Part shown: in pieces, positions 53,321 to 64,000 of the stretch | Layout of the letters: each line of letters opens with the position of its first letter | Numbering within the stretch: the first letter of the stretch is position 1 | DNA from: Octopus vulgaris | Lineage: Eukaryota | Assembly: GCA_951406725.2 (NCBI GenBank) | Contig: OX597820.1 | Location: forward strand, 48,670,001-48,734,000 | Reading direction: 5' to 3' | DNA length: 64,000 bases | The notes under the pieces: generated by a model | The model's database searches: none | The model's input: the letters and a program-made list of their open reading frames with translations, nothing else | What the model was told of the DNA's origin: nothing | Translations under genes and position numbers: made by a program

Positions 53321-54217
53321 TATTTAAACAGACTGTTGAAAGTTTGTTTGAAAAGAGCATGGACAGAAAATAAGCATCGGCCGAAAATCATAAGTTTTTA
53401 TCGTAAATAAGGAAGAAATATTTCACTCCAGCTTTGAACTTGTATTGCTGACGAACAATAATTACTTCCCCTTCCTACACCATAAAAAACATACTGATCA
53501 AAATTACTCATACTTCTCCACACTATACTCTAGTGAAAATATCAAGTGAAAATATTTAATATTCTCAGCTGGACACGAAAGGAGTAGACAAAGAGGTATT
53601 TCTTGGAAAGAATAAGCAGAAATATTTACCTAAAGGGTAGTGGGAATATACATTTCATTAGTATAACAAAAGAATAAAGTATATACTGATAATGTATCTG
53701 ATGTATAAAATTACTGGTTGATGCTTTTGAATTTCTTGCATCGATAATTTTGTAGGCATCGGGCTGTGTTCTGCCTTCGGCCTGTTTTGGACCTGAACGC
53801 AATTAATGCAGGTTTCTCTCTCTCTCTCTCTCTCTCTCGCTCGTTTTGTTACTTTCGTCTTCACAAAAGTTTTTACAAAGAGGTAACTTTAATATTGCTA
53901 CACCTAACGTGCTCGAATGATATCATAATTAGTAATAATTTTACTATTTTCATACTTATTAATTAAAATGTGCTGGACTACAGAACTTGTAGGGTGATGA
54001 AGTAATGAGTAATGCATTGTGGTACTTCCTTTGATCATCTTACGTTCTGCGTTCAATGCATACCAGAGTCAAATCTGAAACTCGGTATTTCTAATATCGA
54101 CGAAATACGTACCAGCCAAACAAATGAACAGACTTGTCACCACAAAAATGCGTAGACTTAAAAAATAATCATTATTATCACAGCAGAAACATTAGTATTA
54201 TTATCATAATTATTAAA

Positions 54218-54322
54218 GGCGGCGTGCTGGCAGAAACATTAGCACGCCGGGCGAAATGCTGAGCGGTATTTCGTCTGCTGCTACGTTTTGAGTTCAAATT
54301 CCGCCGAGGTCGACTTTGCCCT
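54218..54322 (+). mobile_element. SINE family A 5' half
   Basis: GGCGGCGTGCTGGCAGAAAC...GAGTTCAAATTCCGCCGAGGTCGACTTTGCC. Confidence 0.9.
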
Positions 54323-54579
54323 TCGATACATTTCTAAATCTCCCAGGAAATGTGTCAAGTCCAACAGGAAACGGTGTTTCCTATGGCTAAATAACAATTG
54401 TATTCTTCCCTTTCATGGGACTGTCACATTAAGATGAAGATTTGATAATGATAATGATGATGAAATACAAAGGTATCAGCAACGCCAGCATCAGTCAGCA
54501 ACCGCAGTAGTAATAGTAGTATAAGTAGTAGTAAGGCAATTAAGATTCAAAAGAATGGAAGGAAAAGTCAGCTAGAGTA

Positions 54580-54753
54580 GGCGCAGGAGTGGTTGTGTGG
54601 TAAATAGCTTGCTTACCAGCCACATGGTTCCAGGTTCAATCCCACTGCTTGGTACCTTGGGCAAGTGTCTTCTACTATAGCCACGGACCGACCAAAGTGA
54701 GTGGATTTGGTAGATGGAAACTGAAAGAAGCCCATCGTATACATATATATGTA

Positions 54754-54810
<57 letters not shown>

Positions 54811-55036
54811 GTGTGTATGTTTATGTGTCTGTGTTTGTCCCCCCAACATCGCTTGACAACTGATGCTGGTGTGTTTACGTCCCCATAACTTAGCAGTTCG
54901 GCGATAAGTACTAGAATAAGTACTAGGCTTACAAAGAATAAGTCCTGGGGTCGATTTGCTCAACTAAAGGCGGTGCTCCAGCATGGCTGCAGTCAAACAT
55001 ACTGAAACAAGTAAAAGAATAAAAGAGTAAAAGAAT
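54580..55036 (+). mobile_element. SINE family B full-length (tRNA head, CORE-like box, internal (TA)n, tail)
   Basis: GGCGCAGGAGTGGTTGTGTGG A box, GGTTCAATCCC B box, ACCTTGGGCAAGTGTCTT, repeated TAAAAGA tail. Confidence 0.95.
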
Positions 55037-55724
55037 ACAATAACTACTACTGTAGCAACAATTACAGCTACAATCTCTTCAGAATTAATAGTTTCCATAC
55101 CAATAATAAGATCTATATTTCCGTTTTAATTTATGCCTCGCAATAACAGTATTAACACCAATAATATGTACGTATTAGTAGAAAAAAATATATATATAAA
55201 AAACGCAACGACAATTGCAAAACAATACAAAAAGTTATCCGGAAGGTATTTACGCCTGACGAGAACAGCTGGTTGAGGGTCAACGTGAGTCAGTTGCCAA
55301 GCACAATTATCGTTTCAGAAGTGAGTTGATAGAATTTTATACGATCTCAACGTGAAGTTAGTTGAACAAATCTCAGATATTCCAACTTACCTCGAGGATA
55401 TCGTAGCACAGCTCTTACAAAGATACAAACTTTAAGATCTAGCAAAAAAAAATTCCCCTACATAGAGGCCATGTCAAAACTTTACAAAGAAAATATGTTT
55501 CAGTGGGTGTTTTAAATAATGATGCAATGTTGTTAATATATTTTTTAAAAAACAGACGTAATGCAATAGATGTAGAGAAAAATATATGAGGAACGTAAAG
55601 TCAATTCTTTCAGTATTTATATAGAGTTTCGAGTTATTCATGAACAAATTTTTGTTTTGTGTTGTAGTGGCCGTTGTTTAGATCATGTCAGATATGTTCG
55701 AGTGGAGCTATCTTAGTTGGTTAC

Positions 55725-55940
55725 CTTCTCGAATCATTTCGATTTCCATGGTGTATGAATTCCCCACCTGGACGGGACGCCGGTTCGTCGCAAGATTATT
55801 CATTTATACCGGCTGAGTTGACTGGAGCAGCGGGAAATGAAGTATTTCGCTCAAGAACACAACGCCTCTCCCCGTCCAAGGATCAAAACCATAATCTTAC
55901 GGTCATGAGCCCAACACACTAAGCACTAAGCCATGAGCCT
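55725..55940 (-). mobile_element. tRNA-derived SINE with V-domain-like segment
   Basis: Minus strand CATGGCTTAGTG head, TTGTGTTCTTGAGCGAAATAC, CTCCAGTCAACTCAGC, CTTGCGACGAACCGGCGTCCCGTCCAGG. Confidence 0.75.
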
Positions 55941-56647
55941 TCACAGTAGACCTATGGGCCGTGCATGTAGTTGGTTGAACGAATCTGAGCTATTAACAAA
56001 TCCTTTCTACAGGATATATCTTAAATGCATATTAATGAGAATTGCATTGTGCATTTTCACATGCAGTGCCATAATGTTTTTAGTTTGTTGCTTTATCTCG
56101 AGTACTATGGATTTTAGTACCCTTGTAGTTTCTGAGATTTGGCAAAATAAAAAGGTAAGCAACTTATGCATGATCAGAGTGGTACATTTCCTGTTACTAT
56201 ATATGATTATCGTAATCGATGTACATCCAAGATTAATGTTAGAAGTTAATGATGTTATTAGAATTGCATGAGTTTGATTATATTTCTTTGACAAACGGGA
56301 CATGAGTGTCTCGTTTCCATCAATGTCACAAAGACACAATCAATACTCATCTCAGCGAAATCAACATGTAATTCGTCCGCTCTACATTTCCTTGTCAGTA
56401 CAGTTGTTGGCAAAAGTAGATTTATGAACAACTACAACAGTGTTTTCACAGATAAAATTATAAACAAATTTAAAGTTTATTAAATTACATTTAATCTTAG
56501 TGTGAAAATCGACATATTGGTTACACGTCTTTTTACAGAAAGTATGAATTGAAGAGTAACTTAGATTATTTTACCGTTTCTTACCGATTCATTAAGGCTT
56601 ATGTTAATTAATCTGTGACGTCTATGGGTCAAATGATATGCTACGTA

Positions 56648-57901
56648 CGAGAGGTGTTCATTAAAGATTTTTCCTGACCGACTTGCAAAGGACTGGGATA
56701 AACGAATCTTGTCATAATTATTAGTCCTTCTCTATATAACCATCACCATTGCTGACACACTTCTCCCATTGCTTTATACAACTGTTAAGACTTTGTCTGT
56801 AGAAGTTCGTAGGTTGTATCTGGAGCCAAGACTTTACCTCGGAAATAAGTTCATCATCATTCGAAAAGTTCTTCCCTTCCAGAGAAGACTTCATGTCTGG
56901 AAAGAGGTGGAAGTCAGATGGTGCAAGGTTGGGAGAGTAAGGGGGGTGATGAAGGCTTTCATAGCCGCAGGAGTGTGCTTTCACCTGGGCAACATGTGCA
57001 TTGTGAACTGGGCGTTGTCTTGGAGGAGGCGGACTACTTTGTTTAGCATGCTACACTTCTCTGATTCGATGGCGTCCCGCAATTTCTGCCGCAGAGAAGC
57101 ATATGCCCCGTTAATTGTGGTCACTTTTGCTAGAATAATCCGTCATCAATACTCCGCGCTGATCCCAAAAGAGTGTGAACACGAACGTTCTTTGGAGGTG
57201 GTGCGTTATCATGCTTCCCTTGCTTCGACTGGACTTTAGTCTCGGGATCATGGTGATAAACCCATGTTTCAACATGTCTGATAATTCCGCGGGAAAATGT
57301 CCTCCTTGTTTTTATTTCGAAAGAGCCCGAGAGCAATTACTCGTTTCTGCTTCTGGAAAGGTGTGAGTATCCGGGAAATCCATCGTGCAGACAACTTCCG
57401 CATGTGCAAATGGTCGTGAATGTTTTTTTCTGCGGACCCTACGCTTATCTTCACTTCCTGGACAAGTTGCTGAATAATTATGCGGCGATCCTCCAAAATG
57501 GTGCCTTCCACTTTATGGATGGTGTCATCATTAATGGCGGAATATGGTCGTCCAAGAATAGGAGCAGTTTCCATCGATGTCCAACCACATTTGAACTGGC
57601 GGTGCTAGTGTTTGACTAAGTCGTATGATGGTGCATCGTCACTATAAACCGTTCATCTCGTCGAAAGTCTCTTTTGATGTTCGATCTTTCAAGTATAAGA
57701 ACCTGATCACTGATCTGCATTCAATTGCCTTCCCTTTAATAATTTAGTCCACTTCAGCAGCCTAAGGGACAAAAGAGTACTGACGAAAAGCTAGTATTTA
57801 CAATGTGACATGTAGAGACATGTATGATTATATCTGTACAAGTTCCGTTTCCTGCACTAAACGGAAGTGGGTCAGAGGAAATCTTTAATGAACAAGCCAC
57901 G
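56648..57901 (-). mobile_element. Full-length mariner DNA transposon (1254 bp), inactive
   Basis: Imperfect TIRs sharing TGTTCATTAAAGATTT..CTGACC, TA at 56646-47 and 57902-03. Confidence 0.96.
56721..57730 (-). pseudogene. Mariner (DD34D-type) transposase pseudogene
   Basis: RSVIRFLYLK, GRP, LSARWISRILT (WVPxxL), ETWVYHHDPETK, HPPYSPNLAPSDFHLF split across frames. Confidence 0.95.
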
Positions 57902-57978
57902 TATGATATAATCAAATTCATGTTTTGCTTTGTAATTCTTTATCCTACTCCATTTTTTACGCCATAACTCAGCGGTTC

Positions 57979-58036
<58 letters not shown>

Positions 58037-58200
58037 GATCGTATGAATTAAAAAGCTCGAGGTACCAGTAATGACCAGGGGAACTTGTCCTGTTGTTCTT
58101 GGCGAGCCCTGTGGTTTAATTCGTGCAAAATTAAGCACATTTTAAAAACATACATTTAGTTTTTATCGTAAATGCATTTCCAAATATCTCTATCTCTCTC

Positions 58201-58265
<65 letters not shown>

Positions 58266-59502
58266 AGATATATCTGTCTGTCCGTCTGTCTCCTCTCACT
58301 TACTCTCTCCCCCTCACTCTCTGTATATAAAGATAACAGATAAAAGTTATTATATTATATGTGCAAGGACCTCAGTATATTAATCTTTTAAGATAGCACG
58401 AGGATGTTTAACTCCAATTTTTTCATATGGTGAAATACTTGAAATCTTAGAATGCTTATCTTGATATCTTACAGTCTTTCGTTTATAACGCTTTAAATAC
58501 TGATTCGAAATTGAGTGGATCTCATGTAGCCTTTCATTCATATAATCCTATTAGAGAAGCGATGTACTGAATCTGTTGCAATATGATTATATTCCTCTTT
58601 ATTTTAAATAATTTCATCACTAAGGAGAAGCAATTTATTATTTCCTATAACCGTTTTCGATTGAGCACATAATATTTTTCTTGAAATTGAGATAGTTGCT
58701 TCATTAGTAAAAATCTTATTTTTATATTCTGAGTCAACATCTTCAAAAATCTAATATTTTCTCAGCATCAGTGTTCGTTAATGATAGCTTTCATTATTAT
58801 TAAATCCATTTTCAAGTAGAGGACTAAAGCTCATTTGTTTGTAGAAGCCTGGTCCTTGAAATAGTTTCCAATTCAATAATTATTTTGGAAATAGGTTGAA
58901 AACAATTCGAATTCAATCTCTTGGAGAAACTAAGCTTTTCTTAGATCATTGCGGTGCTAATCTATTTTCACTGAATCATCTTTATTACTAATATGTTTGC
59001 ATTTAATTCAAGAAATATTTGTTTTACGCTCCCGAAAAGAATCTAATGCAGATATAATTCGCTTGTTCAAGAAAACAAATCGAAAGCGCAGCATCATCGC
59101 AAATCCAGAACAACAGATTGTCGAAAGAATGAGAATCCCAATATAGTGTAGATCTTCCAAGCTAATGGCACCATTCTTAGATGTTTCAGTTTCGCAGGTA
59201 TTGCGGTGATGTCAAAAGTTAATTTATTTTCGAAATGCTGTTAATTATCTACGTTAAAATAATATGCCTTAAATTCTAAAAATATATTTTATCTGAGTTA
59301 CATGTTGTGGATATCTACATTATGCCAACAGATCAATCTAGTTGCTTGATTGACGTGGCAAAAAATATAATCGAATCCTTCTCATATTTGACTCAAAAGA
59401 AAAAGGGAAAGAATTGCTAGATAAATGAAATCCTCTCTTTTAGTCCTTAATAATATGTCTGTTCTTATAGAGTTGGAACTGGACTAAGAAGCCGTAAGTA
59501 CG

Positions 59503-59689
59503 TCTTCTTCTTCTTTTCTTCTTCTTCTTCTTCTTCTTCTTCTTCTTCTTCTTCTTCTTCTTCTTCTTCTTCTTCTTCTTCTTCTTCTTCTTCTTCTTCT
59601 TCTTCTTCTTCTTCTTCTTCTTCTTGTCTACCTGTCTGCCTGTCTGTCTGTCTGTCTCTCTCTTTCTCTCTCGCTCTCTCTCTCTCATC

Positions 59690-59735
<46 letters not shown>
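59503..59735. repeat. (TTC)n followed by (CTGT)n and (CT)n polypyrimidine tract
   Basis: Direct reading; explains poly-K and ER ORFs. Confidence 0.98.
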
Positions 59736-59737
<2 letters not shown>

Positions 59738-60195
59738 GTGAATGTTTCCAGATTACGTTGCGATAAGATAAATTTTGGTCGCTGGAGTGGCATGCACGAT
59801 TGGGTGGGTCACAAGATATCACCTCAACCACCACTACTACTACCACCACCAACACCAACACCAACACCATCACTATCAACCACCTCCACGACTATCATCA
59901 TCATAGTCATCGTCACTGCCATCATTATCATCATCATCATCATCGTCGTCGTCGTCGTCCTCGTCGTCGTCATCTTTAAAATTGTCGGCAATTGCATGAT
60001 CAGAGGTGATCTGTATCGGGACAAAATTATCCTTACTTGCGTCGCCATCACAATCACCATGAAACACTTATTTTTGTCTATTCAAGGAAAGACATAAGTA
60101 TACTTACCTTACCGAGAACACTAATAGTATGAGTAAAATCATCATCAAATTAAATCTCGGCGACACATTGTAGTGCGTAGTCTTTGATGCTACTT

Positions 60196-60573
60196 ATTAC
60201 TTGTTTTAGTCATTAGACGAGGGCCATGCTGGAGCACTATCTTGAAGAAATTTTCCTTGAATGTATCGAACCTAGTACGTATTTTTTCTTAAGGTTTCGT
60301 ACTCTTTATGTCGCTGTCTTTTGCTGCACCGCTAACATCCGGGGACGCAAACACACCAACATCGATTGCTGTTCGGGGGAACGAACACAGACACACGCAG
60401 ATAGATATATACGCATATACGACGGGCTTCTTTCAGTTTCCGCCTACCAAATCTGCTCACAAGGATTTGTTTGGTTCGAGGCCATAGTAGAAGATACTTG
60501 CCCAAGGTGCCACGCAATGGGACTGAACCTGGAAATATGAGGTTGGGAAGCAAGCTTCTTAGCACGCAACCAA
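60196..60573 (-). mobile_element. SINE family B near-full copy
   Basis: Colinear with 48277-48691. Confidence 0.92.
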
Positions 60574-60785
60574 GTCTAAAAAAGAAATAGGATGGATTGT
60601 CATGGCTGGAATATCTTTCACCGTAGATTGTTTTTAAACAACGAAATCGACGTCATCATCCTCATCATCATCATCGTAATATGATTATGATGATGATCAT
60701 CATCTTCATCATCTTTATCCTCTTCATGATCACATACATAACCATTATCATCATCAACACCTCATCATTATGAATTTCACGAAAA

Positions 60786-61004
60786 GCAGCAAGTTGGCAG
60801 AATCGTTAGCACACTGGATGAAATGCTCAGCAATATTTTACCCGTCGCAACGTTCTGAGTTCAAATTCCACCGTGGTCGACTCTGCCTTTCATCCTTTCG
60901 CGATCAATAAATTAAGTACTTGTAAAATTCTGGGGGTTGATGTAATCGACTAATCCCGTCGCCACAAGCCTTTGGGCCTTGTGTGCCTATAATAGAAAGG
61001 ATTA
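60786..61004 (+). mobile_element. SINE family A monomer
   Basis: CGTTCTGAGTTCAAATTCC, GCCTTTCATCCTTTCG core, GGCCTTGTG...TAGAAAGGATTA tail. Confidence 0.88.
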
Positions 61005-61189
61005 TGAATATCGCCACTATGAACGATAGCATGGTTCTCACTCATTGCTCGTATCGTTCTCTTCATCATGATAATGACAATTATTGTCGTCTTCAGTTTG
61101 ACAATTGGGGATTTTCATCTCTGTTATCGGCATCTTTATCATGATTATCTGTTTCGTCAGCGTTGCCGTTTGGATAAATGCTATCATGG

Positions 61190-61481
61190 TCATGAATAAC
61201 AATATCATCATCATCATCTTCATCATCATCATTATCGTCATCATCATCATTATCATTATCGTCATCATCATCTTCATCATCATCATCATCATCATCCTCG
61301 TCACCGTCAGCATCACCGTTATCATCATCATCATCATCATCATCATATCATCATCGTCACCGTCAGCATCACCGTTATCATCATCATCATCGTCATCATC
61401 GTTATCGTCATCGTCACCGTCACCGTTATTATCACCATCGTCATCGTCATTGTCACAGTCGCCGTCACCACCACCACCACC

Positions 61482-61517
<36 letters not shown>

Positions 61518-61621
61518 GTCATCATCATCATATCATCAAAATCACCATCAACGTCACCGTTATCATTATCATCATCATCATCATCATCATCGACATCGTC
61601 ATCGTCACCGTCACCACCACC

Positions 61622-61652
<31 letters not shown>

Positions 61653-61975
61653 GAATATTATACGGTTAAAGTTTCACACTATCCCCATCATCATCATAGA
61701 CTTCGTCGTGATCATCATCTCCAGTGTCACGATCATGGTCATCATCATCATTATCGTCATCGTTATCAAAATGTTCTACTTTACAAATTTTCACACTACC
61801 TCCACCTCATCTTTGTTTTCAAAGCCATCATCATCGTCATTACGATCATCACCAAAACATGGTCTTGCTTTCACCTCATCGCCGTCAGTATCATCAATGC
61901 CATCCCTGCAGTAAATTATTTTGCTTTCTCAACCCCATCATGATCATCAGCGCATCGTAGTCATCACCATCACTA
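61190..61975. repeat. Degenerate (CAT)/(CAC)/(CGT) triplet field
   Basis: Direct reading; source of the 269-aa poly-I/S/H ORF. Confidence 0.95.
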
Positions 61976-62321
61976 CTATTAACATATTCATTCATTCATT
62001 GTACTTTTTCAGTTGTATCAATCGTCGACATTATCTTCCTTTTCAACGTGTATTTGACGAGTATCGATTATATTTGAGCTTCATCATCTTTTAATACGTT
62101 TGGTCCTATAATCAGTTAAGCCGATAGTATCACAGGTCACTGACCAATTTATAGATTGATGTGATTGTGAAATGGAAACTAGAATTGAGTACAGAAGTTG
62201 TCAATTTAAAGTACTAGTCATATACTGCAGTATATTTAATGAACAAATTCACTCTCCCACACTGCAGACTAATAACTAATTAATAATTCCTATGAAATTT
62301 TAAGTCTTTAATGATATTTTA

Positions 62322-62329
62322 CACACACA

Positions 62330-62420
<91 letters not shown>
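62322..62420. repeat. (CA)n microsatellite
   Basis: Direct reading. Confidence 0.98.
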
Positions 62421-62422
<2 letters not shown>

Positions 62423-62926
62423 GTATGAGCAAAGAGCTTTGAATGTCGGACACAATGTGATTTTCTATGTTCGACCAGATTCAACTTTGCATTTCATTCC
62501 TTTGAAATCAATAACACTGTGTCTGGGTGTGTATTGGCCTAAATGCCAGAAGGATTATTATTTGCTGTACTGAGTAGCGCATGAGAACCCAACATAACCT
62601 ACCTGAGTTGTAATCTGAATATGTTACCTGGCTTAATAGTATCACCTGGTCCTTCATGACTGTAACAAATTCGAACTTTTGCAGGTACACGGATCAGAAG
62701 AAGTCATATAAGAAAAGTGGTTAGAGCATCGTATTTAATGTTATTTACTATATTATAATGGCTATGTTGAGCAGGTTCAATATTGCTGTTTATTCCTTCG
62801 AAGATCAATAACATTGTACCTGTAGGTGTATTGATCTAAGGTCTAGAAGAATTCTTTGCTGTATTTAGTGGCGCATGGGAACACAGGTCCTATCATACCC
62901 GACATAGGTTGTAACGCGAATATATT

Positions 62927-63332
62927 TATTTCTTTATTGCGCACAGGGGGCTAAACAAAGAGAGGACAGACAAAGGGATTAAGTCGATAACAACGACCCC
63001 AGTGCGTAACTGGTACTTATTTAATCGACCCAGAAAGGATGAAAGGCAAAATCGACCTCGGCGGAATTTGAACTAAGAACGTAAAGACATACGAAATATC
63101 TATTTCTTTACTACCAACAAGGGGCTAAACACAGAGGGGACAAACATGGACAGACAAACGGATTAAGTCGGTTATATCGATCCCAGTGCGTAACTGGTAC
63201 TTATTTAATCGACCCAGAAAGGATGAAAGGCAAAATCGACCTCGGCGGAATTTGAACTCAGAATGTAAAAGCAGACAAAATAGCGCAAAGCATTTCGCCC
63301 GGCGAGCTAACGTTTCTGCCAGGTCGTCGCCT
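62927..63332 (-). mobile_element. SINE family A dimer with 18-bp TSD
   Basis: One head, two modules; TTGTAACGCGAATATATT (62909-62926) and TTGTAACCCGAATATATT (63333-63350). Confidence 0.94.
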
Positions 63333-63669
63333 TTGTAACCCGAATATATTACCTGGTTTAATAGTACCACCTGGCCCTTCGTGATGTTAACAGATTCCGA
63401 TTTGTGGATACTAACGATTCTGCCATTCAAAACGTTGAATGCTGGGTGTGATTTACAAGATATTTGGCTGCTCTTTTTTCTTTTTTTTTTTTCTTTTTTG
63501 CAAATCGCAAGATCAAGCAAATGACGTTGTTTAATCTGTAATGCGCAGGAAACACAATGAACATTTTTCTTATTTAATTTAAAATCTTATTGATAACCTA
63601 TTGAAAACGATAAAGTTATAATTCTCGTTATTTGAAAAGCAAAGCATTTCTATTTTCAGTACTTGAGTA

Positions 63670-63807
63670 AGGCATGGCTGTGAGTTAAGAAGCTTGCTTC
63701 CCAACCGCATGGTTCTGGGTTCAGTATCATAGGTGGTAAATTGGGTAGGTGTTTTTATTAAAGCCTCGAGCCGAGCAAAGCCTTCGGAGAAACTGAAAAG
63801 AAGCTTG

Positions 63808-63812
<5 letters not shown>
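63670..63812 (+). mobile_element. SINE family B 5' part, diverged
   Basis: AGGCATGGCTGTGAGTTAAGAAGCTTGCTTCCCAACC...GAAACTGAAAAGAAGC. Confidence 0.85.
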
Positions 63813-63856
<44 letters not shown>

Positions 63857-64000
63857 CAAATATTAGGGAATAAATCCAAACTTACAGGGAAAAATCAGAT
63901 TTAGGATTGAATCCAATTTTATAGTAAAATATTATATTATATTAAATTAGAGATAAAACCACTATTAGGCAAATCAAACATTGAAAAACTTAAGCCAATA

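Noticed and set aside
53569-53595. 27-nt AG...GT segment encoding LDTKGVDKE
   Set aside because: Splice signals are mediocre; such matches are expected by chance in 64 kb.
58400-59250. Possible minus-strand LINE RT relic
   Set aside because: Faint LSPLL-like resemblance only; no recognisable catalytic motif.
61105-61914. Longest ORF (269 aa, poly-I/S/H)
   Set aside because: Translation of a degenerate CAT triplet field; no domain, TTG start, overlapping low-complexity ORFs on the other strand.

Overview
AT-rich, microsatellite-saturated eukaryotic DNA, inferred from its tRNA-derived SINE families to be cephalopod (probably Octopus). It looks intergenic or deep intronic. I cannot support any intact host protein-coding gene, rRNA or tRNA. 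Nearly all supplied ORFs are translations of simple repeats, SINEs or decayed transposases. Recognisable content: about 30 SINE copies or fragments from at least five families, a full-length frameshifted mariner (56648-57901), a Tc2/pogo-type MITE (33016-33518), two non-autonomous Helitrons, CR1-like and RTE-like LINE relics, and many Penelope-like element (PLE) relics of apparently different clades. The most interesting signal is a set of short non-coding, microsatellite-embedded elements carrying minimal type I hammerhead-ribozyme folds, one family with a recurring CCGANGA core variant. Also notable are an 885-bp-period non-coding element with identical 100-bp terminal repeats and a SINE that recurs as concatemers of a ~184-bp module. 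Family and clade assignments come from motif recall, not database searches, and edges of decayed elements are approximate.
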